Under the pieces are notes generated by a model that was not told the origin of the DNA, did not search any database, and saw nothing but the letters and a program-made list of their open reading frames with translations. Below are positions 26,561 to 40,749 of a stretch of DNA of 64,000 nt, in pieces; positions within the stretch are counted from its first letter, which is position 1; each line of letters starts with the position of its first letter. Made by a program: the position numbers and the translations under genes. Where the stretch lies: the NCBI RefSeq assembly GCF_009914755.1, contig NC_060944.1; one strand, given 5' to 3'. This DNA is from the human T2T-CHM13v2.0 reference genome, Homo sapiens.

Positions 26561-26697
26561 CCTGCCCAGCCTGCAGATTTTGGACTTGCTAGCCTTCAGG
26601 ATCACATTAGCCAATTCCTTAAACTCAACCTCTTTCTCTGTATGTAGGATATGGACACCTCCTGCTGGCTCTTTTTCCGGAGAGCCCAGTGAACACA
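26560..26697 (+). mobile_element. MLT2-like (ERVL) LTR 3' end contiguous with satellite A
   Basis: ctgcagattttggacttgctagccttcaggatcacattagccaattccttaaa...ctctttctc...cctgctggctctttttccggagagcccagtgaacaca resembles the MLT2 3' terminus as recalled (...ctgcagatcttgggacttctcagcctccataatcacgtgagccaattcc...tctctggagaaccctgactaataca). Confidence 0.75.
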
Positions 26698-28899
26698 CCG
26701 TGCATCAGGCTCCATCATTCACCAGAGCGTCTTTCCAACAGACTTTGCTGTGATATTTCTTAAATAAAGGTCACTCCAAAGACCCTCACCTCTGGATTGT
26801 AACCAACTCAGTGGCAGACTTAATCCATTTCTATCTGCTGACATTTCTCACATGGAATAGGCTGTTTGACAGATTGAAGCTGTCTCCCCCCACTCCCCAG
26901 GCCAGTGCACACTTATCTCCCTTGAATGTTCATTTTGTGCTCATTTTAGAGACTGAGGCACAAAGACAGGCAAATACAAGGTGAAGTCAGTGACAAATAA
27001 ACAATGCTATTTAGGCATTGAGAGTTTGTTTTTGTGTTTGTGTTTTTTTGCTAATTAATTCCACCTGGTAGAGGAGGGCGAGGGGAAAGAGGAAGGGAGA
27101 AGTTTCCTGGCAGGGCTGAGAGGCAGAATGGTGCCTGCACCTCCTGGAGTGCACGGCAATGGTCTGGCTCTGCTGCCTTCTATGGGTAAGGGCCCACCGG
27201 TTTTTTTTCTGGGACTTAAGTCACCTGGGCTTATACTGAGCAGCCCTCAGCAAGCTCTTCTCACTTGCCCCTGCCACCCAGAGCTCCAGGATGCCCTAGT
27301 TCCTGCCCCTCAAAGACCTGGGACTCCTGCTCCTGGGACCTTCTGGTCGGTTCTGCTTTTCCTTGCTTCAGGACCTTACGTGGATTCTGTCACCTGCCAC
27401 CTCAGAACTCTGAGCGACACACCCACTGCATGTCACCCAGGACAGGTTCACCCAAGTCTTTCATCCCAAGAAGGTCCTTCCTGGCACCTTGTGGGCTGAC
27501 AGCATCTCCAGGGAACCACAGGACTTCGAGGGGGCCTGGGAAGCATCAAGAGCTTCAGGAGGGGAGTCTGTCACAGGTGGGGATTACGGAGCCCTGCAGG
27601 GACCCTTAGAACAGGTGGGTCGGGGTGGGGCTGAGGTCTCGACGCCTTGATTCAGGTTCCTGGCTTATGTCGACCTGTCTGAAATCTCCCACCCACAGCC
27701 AAGCCACTGGCCACCCCACTGCTGCCCTGTGTCACCCTGTTTTGATGGAGAGCTCACCAGGCTCTCCCAGCTGCTCTCCTCTTGGAGCAGGGAGTGTTGG
27801 AAGTGGGGGGCTGATCTGCATATGAACGTGGCTCTTAACCAGGTGAGGGGCTTGAAGTCCTCTGGGGCTAATGACTGTTCCATGAATAATGGTCCCTCTT
27901 AAAATGTAATTAAACATTTATCAGATGTATTTCTACAGAAACATCCATCTTAAGGGGGGACCGGATTTCCTACCATTCATATCAGTCTCCTGAAATGAGG
28001 CAGAGGCACTCCCGGCTCCCCCTCCCCTCCCCGGCCTCAGTTCCCTGGGCCGGATGTCCTGCTGGGGCCTGTGGTGCAGTTTCGGCTGGTTCACCCCATG
28101 CAGAGCTTGATGGGGTTGGGTTGGTTTTAATCAGAATGGTAAATTGCAAATGATACAGGGCCTGGGCTCTGTTGGGATACTTGTGTTGACCAAGTCCCTT
28201 GTGAATTAAATCATTTAATACTGGAAATGGAAAAGGCCCCCTCATTTTCCTTCTGAATGAGCTGTGAAATAGGCTCTGAGAACGGCCTCCAGAGTGAAGT
28301 GGTTGTCAGGGCTTGGCACCAAGATCTGATGAGGGGTCAGAAGACAGGGCACCAGCAGGACAGGGTACTTGGGGAGGCCTATCATGATGCGCAGTAGACG
28401 CATCCTGTGTCGGCAGCACCCCAAACTCGGGAGGCTGGCCGGGGTGCAGCTAACATACCTGGGATGTGTGCACTGACTGCATGCCACCTGAGGCACCCTC
28501 GGAGCATCTGAGAACCAAAGAATCACTCCTCAGCTTCCCAACCAGGGGACAAGTTTGGGCTCTGGCATGGGACAGCTCTTGTCTGCACTCCGAATCTCTG
28601 ACCTTTCTCAATGCAGTGCTGGGGTTGACTTGGCAGATGAGGCTGCTGGGACTCAAATCACCTCACTGGCTTGAAGTCGTATTTAATCTGCTCCCAAGAA
28701 GGTGGAGCCAAGGACTAGCTGGTCCCAGCCATGAATTCTCTGAAAATTAGAAGAATAACAAAGCATATCAAATAGGATTAACACAAACACTTTTCAACAC
28801 AGTGCCTGTGAGGCAACAGAAACATGAGCACAGGATGCCCATCAGTGGGGGGCCACCAGGGCCCAATGTCTCCAAAAGCAACTTGCTGGATGTATCAAG

Positions 28900-29380
28900 A
28901 GCTTAAATTTAAAAAGCACTTAATCCCTGATGCAGTTATCACACACATAAGATATTATCTTAAGGAGCTGTTTATAAATGCAAACCAAGATTATGTAGTA
29001 ATATGATCATTGCCACATAAACTGCAACAGCAAAAGTTGGAAGCAGTACAAATGTCCAGCAACATAGGAATGGAGAAGAGTGCACGGGTTTTCCAGACAG
29101 GGAAATATTGAAGGATGATTTGATCATATGCTTGCCTGAAATTTTCAATAGTGTGGAAAGTGCTCGTGATTTCATGTGAAGTGAAAAAAATGGATACAAA
29201 AACGTGGATTTTACACTTTTATCACACACACACCCATATTCAGAGGAAATAGTTAAATAAGAGACAGAGCAAGGTACCAACAGTAGTAACATGTCAGTGG
29301 TAACATTATAGATGGTTTTCATTTTCTTTTTCATAGTTGTTGGTATGTTTCAAAAATGATCAGGTCTTTGAAAATCAGAA
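28900..29380 (+). mobile_element. Old L1M LINE fragment
   Basis: AT-rich; gcaaaagttggaagcagtacaaatgtccagcaacatagga...gtgaagtgaaaaaaatggatacaaaa. Confidence 0.55.
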
Positions 29381-29899
29381 GGAAAATCAGAAGCAAGAGC
29401 ACCAATTGCTACCAGGTGAAAACCACAATATTCTCTAGCAATTTCTGCAAACTATAGGATCCTTCATAAAATATACAGGTCCTTTAATAATTGATATGTT
29501 CAATTTTTCAATAAAAATTCTGATGTAAAATAAGGAAAGAAACATTCAAAGTATTCATTTTGATCTTGTACTCATGTTTGAGAAAGATACAGAGCAGTCA
29601 AATTACTTTGGAAAGTGTAAAAATTGGTGGTTTCATTTTAAATTGCTACCTCTAACACCTTCATGTGACTTCAGTAACCTATCTGCTCCCTGACAACCTT
29701 AAAGTGCTTAATTACCACAAATTTCTGAAATAAATCTATCATTTGAATAACCTTTGTGAAAATCAGTATTGAGTGCTTTTACATGATTTGATCACAGCAA
29801 TAGAAACAGTCCCATTTGTCTCTGCACATGCAAATGACTTATTAACATTCAAGTGATGAGTTCACTTTACTGAGATTCCCAAGATATGCATAATCCCCA

Positions 29900-30520
29900 A
29901 ACATTACTACCCTCCCTAAAGTCCTTTAATATCATCCCTTTGCTCTAGGACGCCCTGATTCCTCACCAGCTTACATTCCCAGCAGCATCTGGCCGTCTTG
30001 CCCTCTCTGCTACCCCTGGCCTTATCACAGTTCCTCAAACTGAACAGGCTCAGCCCAACCCAGCACCTTGGCACTTGCTGTGCTTCGCAGAGCTCCCATC
30101 CAGTTCTTGCCCCACTCAGCTCCACCCTGTGGGATGTTCCTTAGTTCCAAGAAGGCACGGCATCCTCCTCACCCCCAGTCCTTTGCACACGCTGTTCCCT
30201 TTGCTAAAACATTCTTCCCCTCCCACCACCTGCAGTTACCTGGCTAATTCCTGCTTCCCTTTGATAGACTTTCCCTCCATTCTCAAACCCTATGCCCCAA
30301 GCTCCTGTCCCCGACCCAGGATCAAACTCTATAATCCCCCAAATGTTTCCTTTGCAGCATTTTGCACATTCAGTTACTGGATGGTATTTTCATTGAGTCT
30401 TTGAATAGTTGGCTTCCCGTCTGGTCTGGAAACTCCATGAGGGCAGAGAATGAAAGTCATGCACTCACCCCAGCAGGTTGCCTGTTAACAAAGATTAATT
30501 GAATGACTGGTAGATTTGCA
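29900..30520 (+). mobile_element. L2 LINE fragments
   Basis: ctttgcacacgctgttccct...actccatgagggcagaga...ttaattgaatgact. Confidence 0.6.
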
Positions 30521-31025
30521 CAGCATTTAGGCTTTTGTGCCCTGTGCTGGAATCATTCTGTGCTTGTATATTAAGCCACTTTACCTGAGTGGAATTTCCT
30601 TTGTCATACTACCTGCAGGTTTAGTGAAATGACAGTCCCTGTGGAGGACAGAGAAGCCTCCAGCTGCCTCCCTATGCTGGGATGGGAATGGGGGAACAAG
30701 ACTAGATGGATCCATGAAGGAATGAAACACACCACACAAGAGCACCAGTATCTGTTCACCTGCTACACATCAGTCATTAATGGCATCCAAAAGGAAAAGA
30801 CCCTTTCTCCTGTATGACATCCATCCCTGTACCTGTCCCAGCCCTGGAACCACCAGAAGGAACAGCGGAGAAGGGGACCCCAAGCCTTAGTTAGAAGTGA
30901 GTAGGGGGAGAGGAAAAGCTTGGAATTAAATGTGAGATTAAAATTTAGATTTGGACCAGCCTAGGCTTTTACTACCTGGATGAGAGTGAGAATGATTGAT
31001 GAGCTTGTTCTTATAAATAGAAGTG

Positions 31026-31735
<710 letters not shown>

Positions 31736-32058
31736 GCCTCACAGAAGCTACTGGAAGGCAGCTGCTGGAGAAAAGTGAAGCCGTTTCCCACTTGTATTTA
31801 GTTCAGACCTTCCGTAAACCAGCTACAGGAGAGACAGTGATGACCCACCTGTGCCAAACAGGGCTGAAATCTACCATCAGGACCACGATAACCGGGTCTG
31901 TGTTGCCCGTTCCCAGCTGCGCTCAGACACTTTGACTTAAAGCCTCAGGCCAGGGTTGCTTCTCTCATTGACATTGAGAACTTGTTAAGAGAAGTAAGTC
32001 TCAGTTATAGGAAGTCAGATCTTCCCAAGGGATGCAATCAAGGAGTTTATTTATTTAA

Positions 32059-32365
<307 letters not shown>

Positions 32366-34096
32366 AGGAAGGGAAATTATTCTTATTCTTGTTTTCATCT
32401 TGATTCATTTTCTCTGTTGTGTCATCTCTGGCCATGAGCCTGTCACTTCTGTAATAAAAGAGCAGCAGTCAATAGGGTTCTATTTGGAGGGGAAAGTACA
32501 GGCTGCCCATCAACATGCTCAGGTTTCTCCCAGATCAGCCCCAAGGAGCAAGAACGGCCAGCTTACAAGGACAGGTCTGTATTCTGTGGATGGGCCAGAA
32601 AGAGGGTATGCAGCGAGGGAATGGTAATAACGTAGGAGAAAATGGCCAGGGTCACAGCCTGGTTTGTCCCCTTCTCACTGGGGGCCTGCAGAAGGCTGGT
32701 CCAAGCCAGCGACATCCGTGCATAGGGGTCAAAATGGACTGGGACCCTTCATTTGCTTCCTGGTGTCTTGAGATAGCCTCCCACCCACCAGCCCCACTGT
32801 GGGTCCCTGCACTGGCTTCACCAAGAAGAAACTGGGAGGCTGAGGGGCTGACCTGCGGGGAGATCTTTTACTCAGTCCCTGTGGACCTGTTGAATGTTTA
32901 ACTTATCCTTAAAAAACATGCCTGCCTCTTTGCATGTCTAACTGTCATAAGGAACATGTGCTACTTTGCTAAAGAAGGAAAACATCACTCCAGACCACCT
33001 GTGCATTTAGTAAACAACAATTCGCAGCCCAGAGCAGTGGGTTTGCTGCTGCTGCAGAAAACAAAAGCTCAAAACCCAGGTGGAGCCTTCAAAGGCCACC
33101 TGGCTCCAAATTCACCCTCGGAATTCACTAACTGGTGTGTCTGGAGCTGTTTCTTTTTTGGTGTCTGGTGTCAGGAAAGAGAAGACACAGGGACACCAGT
33201 TGGCGGCTTAATCACATCAGACCCAAACCTCAGTTCTGTGTGTCCCATCTAGACGCCACTGGGGCTGAATGAACCACGAGCTGCTGCCCTGAGCAGGGAG
33301 TCGAATCCATCCTTGATCAGATGGCTGAAGTCGCGCACACCCTCTAGGGCCCTGCATGGGGGTGGGGAATCACCCGTTGGTTTTATCTCACAGCAGGGAT
33401 GACCCCTCACTGGGCACCCCAGCTCAGACCTCAAGGGAAACAGGCCTGAGGAAAGATGGGTGGAAGGATGGGGCCCCTGGTGGGAGGACTCACAGGGTAA
33501 GAGACCCCACCCACTTAGGCAATTCACACTCGGGGTCTTTGGGGCCCTCGAAGGAAACCGTTGGTTCACAGTGAACACAGACAGGTCCAGCTATTCAGGA
33601 TCACAATTATCTGCAGCAGGGACAACCACCCACTGCCAAAAGATGAATTCAGTAAGGCAGAAACTTTAGCTCATGATGAATTTCTTACTGAAAATGATTT
33701 CTATAATCATGTTTTATTTACCTGTATTTAAAGATTAAAGTTTCAATATGGCACCTTAATTCCTTAACAAAGAGAAAGAATGCATATCTTGTGGTAACGG
33801 GGACCAGCAGCTCCATGAATCAAAGCTTTCTGTGGCTCGATCTAGTTCAGGGTATGAGTGATACATTTAATGTGCCAGCAAAAGCCTCTGGTAAACAGGG
33901 AGCAGCGTTACAGCCAGCAGAGCCCAAGGGCTTGCCGGAGCTGATGGAGATTTAAGGGAGCAGGTTCGAGCTCCTCCTGAGGCAGAATGAGCGGAAGGCT
34001 CTCTCCGTCTCCTGAGTGTCAGGCTGGACTCAAAAGGGAGAGAAAATTGTTTAAATGAAACAAAACACTGTCATTGCAATGTGACATTCTCTTCCC

Positions 34097-34350
34097 TTTT
34101 TTTTCCTTTTTTTTTTTTTTTTTTGGACACAGGTTCTTGTTCTGTCACCCACCCAGGCTGGATTACAGGGGCATGATCTTGACTCACTGCAGCCTCAACC
34201 TTCCAGGCTCAGATGATCCTCCTGCCTCCTCAGTAGCTGGGACCACAGGCATGTGCCACCACATCTGGCTTTTTTTTTTTTTTAAGACATGAAGTCTCGC
34301 CACATTGCCCAGGCTGGTGGATTACAGGTGTCAGCCACCACACCTGGCTC
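34097..34350 (-). mobile_element. AluJ-like, internally deleted
   Basis: ctcactgcagcctcaacc..ccaggctcagatgatcctcc; the left arm is shortened (ccaggctggt|ggattacagg). Confidence 0.85.
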
Positions 34351-34359
34351 CCTTCCCTA

Positions 34360-34830
34360 TCTCACCTGACAGTGTCTCTACATCCCCATCTCTTACCACT
34401 CTCCCAATTTCTTAGATACTCTGTCCCCATCTCTGATCCTCCTGATCTCTGGCCTTTGCACTTGCTGTTCCTTCCACCTAGTGTGCTGTTCCCTCAAATC
34501 ACCCATGGCAGCCCCTTCTTATCCTTCAGGACTCAGCCCACATGTCACCTCCTCAGAGAGGCCTTCCCAGACCACCCAAAATGAGACAGTAGCTCCACCC
34601 CCATGACTCTTTATCCCATCTCCCAATCTGTGTCCTTTATTGTATCTTTCACAGTCTGAATGATGTTTATGTGTTGACCTGCATGCTGTCCATCCTCATA
34701 GACTGGAACTTCCTGAGAGTGTCATGAGATCAGATGGCTCTTACGGCTCTTACTCACCGCTGTGTCCCAGACACCAGCACAGCAGCCTGTGTTTAAAGAT
34801 GGTCTGTCAATATTTGTTAAGTGACTGGAC
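34360..34830 (+). mobile_element. L2 LINE fragment
   Basis: ggcctttgcacttgctgttccctt...atgtcacctcctcagagaggccttccc...caatatttgttaagtga. Confidence 0.75.
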
Positions 34831-36221
34831 AGATACGGAAGTGGACAGTTACACTGACAGTTTTTACAGGGGGACGTGTTGCTTTGTCTTCGACTTGTTC
34901 CATTGTTCTCGTATATAACGTGGGCCTGACCAGAAGGAGGTGCTGCTTGGACATGACAAAAAACTTTCACACAATCTGTTGGACAATAAACCACATAAGT
35001 ACCCCTTCTCTATCCATTATTCTACACCTTTGTGGATACATCAATAGATTTCATGTGGGCTCAGGAATTTTGAAATATATATTTTAACAAATTGCTCATA
35101 TAGACAGGGATCCTAAAATATAGACAGACATATAGATAGTCACCTGAGCCCTGCACACTCTACGCATGACTTTGCAATCCATCCTTTGAGGAAGTCTGCA
35201 GCAAAGACGGCCCTTCAGAGCTGTGATGAATCGAGTCAAGGGGCTGGACCTTTAGACCCCTGTGTTTACTACTAGTCTTTGGAGATGGAGGGACCCCAGG
35301 AAGGGTGACTGGGCAAAGCAGCTCCTGTCAGCCAGGGGCATTTTCTGGGGAGGGTCTCAGCTGTGAGCTCTCAGCAGGCAACCCCCTGGGCAGTGGGGCA
35401 TGCATGCCTGCTCCTGAAAGGGGATGTGGGGGACACATCCCAGCATCTGCTCCAAGCCATGAATCTTTCTCACCAAGGCCATTGTGCAAAAGCTTCCTGA
35501 CAGGCCTCCCTTCTTCCACTCTTGCTTTCCCTATTTTCCACACAGCAGCCAGAGGAAGCCTGTGAAACCCAGGTCAGGTCCTGTGCTTCCTCTGCTCAGA
35601 ACTCTCCATGGTTTCCACATACTCAGAGTAAAACCCCGAGCTTCATGATAACCATGAGGCCCGCAGCTTCTGCCCCCAAGGCTTCTCTGACCTCACCTCC
35701 CGCTGCTCCTCTCCTCACTCGGCCGCAGCTGTGGCTCCCTCCCTGATTTTCCTGGAACATGCCAGCACACCTGTTGCTGGCTTTGTACTCACTATTCTTT
35801 TGCCTGGAAGGCTCCACCCTTGTCATCCTGGCCCACAGCCTCAGCTCCTCCGGTCTTTGCTCAAATGGTGGCTTCTCAGCGGGGTCTTCCCTGACCATCC
35901 TACTGAAAATCAACAACCACCCCCCATAGGGGGTTGAACAAGGGCCCCCCATACATGTCTACATTCAAACCCCTGGGACCTGTGTATATGTCCATTGCAA
36001 AGAGGTTTTGCTGATGTAATTAAGTAAAGGATCTTGAGATAGAAAGATGACTCTAGATGACCTGGCTGGGCCCAGTGTAATCACAGGGGTCCTTATAAGA
36101 GGGAGGCAGGAGAGTCTGAGTCAGAGGAGCTATAGTGACAGGGCAGAGACTGGAATCATGTGCTTGAATATGGAGGAAGGGGCCGCGAGCCCAGGAATAC
36201 AAGGGGCTTAAAGGAAAACAC

Positions 36222-36495
36222 AGGCCAGACCAGCACTTTGGGAGGCAGAGGCAGGTGGATCACTTGAGGTCAGGAGTTCGAGACCAGCCAGGCCAACATG
36301 GTGAAATACCATCTCTACTAACACAAAAAAAATTAGCCGGACATGGTGCACACACATGTAGTCCCAGCTACTTGGGAAGTTGAGGCAGAAGAATATCTTG
36401 AACCCAGGAGGCAGAGGCTGCAGTGAGCCAAGATTGGACCACTGCACTGCAGCCTGGGCAATAGAGTGAGATTCTGCCTCTAAAAAAAAGAAAGA
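36222..36495 (+). mobile_element. AluS (5' part deleted)
   Basis: ggccaga|ccagcactttgggagg...gcagtgagcc...gagtgagattctgcctc. Confidence 0.92.
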
Positions 36496-36527
36496 GACAA
36501 AGAAAGATGGCAGGGCGGGGTGTTGGG

Positions 36528-36619
36528 GAGAGAGAGAGAGAGAGAGAAAAGAAGGAAGGAAGGAAGGAAGGAAGGACAGGAGGAAGGGAAAGGAAAGGAG
36601 AGGAGAGGAGAAAGAAGGA

Positions 36620-36695
<76 letters not shown>

Positions 36696-36737
36696 GAAAA
36701 AAGAAAGAAAGAAAGAAAGAAATAGAAAGAAAGAAAA
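36528..36737. repeat. (GA)n/(GGAA)n/(GAAA)n compound polypurine microsatellite
   Basis: Read directly. It lies in the tail region of the Alu. Confidence 0.97.
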
Positions 36738-37384
36738 TACAGACACTGAAAACGCAAAGAATCCTGCCCTCAGCGCTTCTAGCAGGAGCCAGCCCTACTG
36801 ACGCCTTGACTTAGCCCAGTAAAACCGACGGCAGACTCCTGACCTCCAGAGCTAGGACAGAGTCCATCTGTGCTGTTTGAAGCTATCAAGTTGGTGGTGA
36901 TTTGTCACAGCAACCACAGGAAGCTAACACACCCTCCCACATACCTGGAGCTTCCTATCCCCAAGCCTGCTGAATGTCTCCCTGTAGCATGGATTAGCAG
37001 CTGACATGTGTACCTTTCACTGATTTGTTTCTCCTTCTCCACTTACTGAATGTCTGCTTCATAAAAGCAGGAATTTTGTTTGTTGCAAGATCCCCTGCAC
37101 CTAGCACAGTGCCTGGCAGATAGCAAGTGCTCAGCAAACATCCTCTGCAATGCTGTACCTGAGTCCTGAGGAGGGAGGAGGAGCAGATACTGGGATGAGC
37201 CAGGGGACAGAGCTCCCGGCAGAGGCAGAAGCAAGGGTAGAGTCTGAGTCACAACCAATCCCATCCTTCTAGATGGCTGCTGTAGGACCCATGGATAAAC
37301 TTCCTCCTAGCCCTGCCTCCACAGAGAAGTCCCTTCAACTGAAGCCATGGAAGCTGGAAACTCACTTAAGAGCCCCTACAGTGA

Positions 37385-37600
37385 GAGATTAAGAGCATAG
37401 GCCCTGAAGCCAGGCTGCCTAGGTTCAAATCTCAGCTCTGCCACTCAGTAGCTGAGTGACTCTGGGCTAGTTAATTAACCTCTCTGTGCTAATTTCCACA
37501 TCTACAGAATAAGGATAATGATAGTGCCCATCTCATAGGGCTATTGTGAGGATTGAAATAGCTAATGCATTTAGCACAGTGCCTGACACACAGTACACAT
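37385..37600 (+). mobile_element. MIR SINE
   Basis: ggttcaaatctcagctctgccact...gtgactctgggc...aacctctctgtgc...ttgtgaggattgaa...ttagcacagtgcctgacacacagta. Confidence 0.85.
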
Positions 37601-40600
37601 GATCTGCTCTTCCTATTTGGGTGGAAAAGTCCAGCAAGTTGCAAAGATTGCTAAAAAGCAATGAGAGTATACCAAGGTGTCTAAACTGACAAGCAAAGGG
37701 TATGATTAAAAGACAAGCCAGGTTGGCAGCAGAACATCAGCTTTCTTTGTGCCTGGGCCATAGACAAGGAATTGAAAGGTAGCCTGGCAACGATTCGAGA
37801 AAAATTAATCACCCCTGCTGCCTTCCTGCCCCTGCCCATCCCATTTAACCTGCACTCTCCCGCCCCCTGCCCTATCCCTAAAGGGATCCTGGAGCCTCCT
37901 GTTGCACAGGCCGGGCTGTGACATTCACAACACACCCCAGCTGGGCCCAGCGAGTTGTTTTCCAGCCCCATCTGCCCAGACACAGCCCCGTGAAGAGAGG
38001 GCCAAATGCACAGCCAGGGCTGTGTTGACTGCAGAAGGGATAGAAGAAAATAGATGGGGTGGGGTCTGCACAGTGAGGGTTGGTGCATCATGTGGGTCTC
38101 ACATGTAGCTTCCCTCCAACAAGCCCCCTGCAATCCCCACCAGATGTAAGGAGGGAGGGGTGAAAGTGGGGTTTCCGCCAGAGGTAGCAGAGCTGGGGAG
38201 GGGCCCAGGCTGCAGGGACCTGTGTACAGGGCATGAGATGTCATTGGGGACTTCCTACATGAGACGCAGTGAGTCATCAGGGTGCAGGGTGGAGGCTCTG
38301 AAGGAAGAGCCCAGGGGAATATGGGAAAGAGGTGACATGAGAATCCATTAGCCACCACCCCAGTCCTTCACATGAGAACTCATCAGCCACCACCCCAATC
38401 CTTCCCTCCTCTGTTCAGGAGCAGGGCCGGGGCCCAGGAGACAGGGTGAGCTTTCTGCAGGAGGGACACCCGCCCTGAGAGGAACCTGGGCTGTCATAGC
38501 CGCACAGACACTGCAAGCCAGGAGCAGTGGCCACACCCGTGGAGCAGAGGAATCAGAAGGGGGCAGAAACAGAGGCTTGTCACCTGAGGGCTGTGAGCAT
38601 GTGTTTGCCGTGACCAAGGGGAGACAAAGCAAGTGACAGAGATGCCTTCTCGTCTGCGGGGATTCCCTCTGCAGGTCTCCAGGGACAGTGGGTCTGAGGG
38701 GCAGGAACGGTGGGGGGGCTATCACAGGTGCCGCATCAGGATGTCCCCTTCTGCCCTGAGCAGCGGGCAGTCCCCTCGAAGATGCCACGTCATCAGCCTC
38801 TGGCCCGAGGGCTTCCCAGAGCCTCCCTTTCTCCGTTTTGGGTGACTTGGGCAGGCACTGGCGTCTACATCTGTGTACTCTTGGCCCCTAGTGGGTGTGA
38901 CCTGGGCCCTCCCATCAGACACACTTCAATCTCATCCCACACAGCCCAGGGCCAGGCCTTGGCACCTCATGCACAGACTCAGACAACGCACCTGCGATCC
39001 GGGCGCTGAGACTCTGCACGTGGCCTCATCCCAGTGTCTCAGAGGGAAATGAGGCTTGAATTTCTCCTGGCACACTGGACACCCCGCATCTCACGGTGCT
39101 GCATAAGAGGATGCTTGGCCCTGCATCCTCCCTACAATAACCATCATTTAATAAGGCCAGAAGTGGAGAAGGCGAGGCTGATGGGGCCGCCATGTGTTCA
39201 AAAGCAGCCCCCACCCACGCACAAGCAGCCCTCAGAGGCGTCCAGGCAGCTCCAACCAGCAGATAACAGGCACCAGAATGTGCAGAGCCAGCCCAGATCA
39301 CAGCCTGGATCTCAATTTGCAAGAAAGAACTTGCCAGGTTGAGCAGCTGCCACGAGTCCGGATGGCTTGGCATTTTCTCCTGGAGGCTGTTCTGAGAGCC
39401 AGACCGGGGGTGGGGGCCCCTTGGCCACTATGGGTCCCTGCAGTCTGCACCGAGCTTGGAGTCACCAGGCTGATTTCATGGATGTTTATGGAGCCTGCAG
39501 GAGACCATAGCTTAGTGTGTCCCCTGCTAATTAAAGGACAGCAGCCAGTTGTTCCCTGTCAGAGATTACAAAGGATGAATGCTTTGGACCCAGGGAGCGG
39601 ATGGGAGCATATCAGATGCCAAAACCTGGTGCCTGCCACCTGGCATTCTTTGGAAGTGACTCTTTGAGGAGCACTGACCATTATCGGGGAGATGGGTATT
39701 GGGGAGCCTCCCTCTCAGCTCTGGGGGCTCAACTCTGCCCACATAGGGCAGGAGGACGATGTCCTGAAGCTGTGCCTGTCCTTGCCCAAGGAGGGTTGGG
39801 GGCTTTGCAGGGGGGTATGTGAATGCCTGCAGGCCTGGGGATCAGGGGACCTGTGCAGGGCTGGAAGAGGGGTTCTCAGCCACAGGACAGCCCTGCTTCA
39901 GCCAGTGAAGCCATGTGTGGAAATACAGCTCAGCATTGCTCAACCTTCCAGCAGCCAGGACACCCTGGGTTTGAGTCCCTGCTACGGATAAAAGAACCGA
40001 ATCCGACCATTTGTCTTCAGCCATTCTCAGCCTCTGCCTCTCTCCCCAGCCCCTCCACCCGCCATGTTCAAGGAAGGCAGAGCCCAGAACCTGTTGTGTG
40101 GGGCCTTGGGCTTTCCACGGCCTGATCAGTGCTAGTCTCTGGGGAGCACTTTGGGGGACACATTCAGATTCTCTCGAATGCCTCATACCCGGACTGCAAT
40201 CCCCCATTCCACCAGTGATTTCAGTACCGTGTGGGAAATTTCATCAAATTTGCAAGTGTGTTGTTTCTCCTTTTACCCCCATTCTATCTGTGAGATGCTC
40301 TAGAATTCACCAGATGTAATATATCTTTGGGATGAATATTCTATGTTAAGTCCTTTGAAAGCAATCAACAACTGTAATCCAATTACTATTGGCTGTATCT
40401 TTCATGCTCTTTTGCCCCAAACCTCATCCTACCTGTGTGCCAAGCTCACCACATACACACACAGACACACACATACTCCACAAGAGATGCCAATTTTGTG
40501 CCTCGCTGCCTCACATAACATGGGAGCATTGAGTAGTGAACAGCTGATCTGCATGAATTAACGTGTGAGGTCATGTGGGCCCTGAAGCTTTCACACTCAC

Positions 40601-40749
40601 AAACCGGCGTCAGGCTGGGCTGTCATAGAGATCAGGTGGAGGGACACTAGGGTTCCCCCCAGGACTCCAGGCCTCCTCTGATGAGCAGGTCACATGGGGA
40701 TTTAGAGGGAGGCACAGGCACGAACTGCGTATTAAATACACCTGACTCA

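Larger units (their letters stand above)
35926..36931 (+). mobile_element. MLT1B/C-like MaLR LTR interrupted by an Alu
   Basis: ttgctgatgtaattaagtaaggatcttgagat...gtaatcacaggggtccttataagagggaggcag...tgacctccagagct...tttgtcacagcaaccacaggaagctaacaca. Confidence 0.85.
35500..37150 (+). mobile_element. L2 LINE split by a nested MLT1 LTR and Alu
   Basis: ccacacagcagccagagg...actcagagtaaaa... on the left; cctagcacagtgcctggcagatagcaagtgctcagcaaa on the right. Confidence 0.7.

Noticed and set aside
36368-36801. Lys/Glu/Arg-rich and Phe/Leu/Ser-rich ORFs
   Set aside because: They are translations of the (GAAA)n microsatellite.
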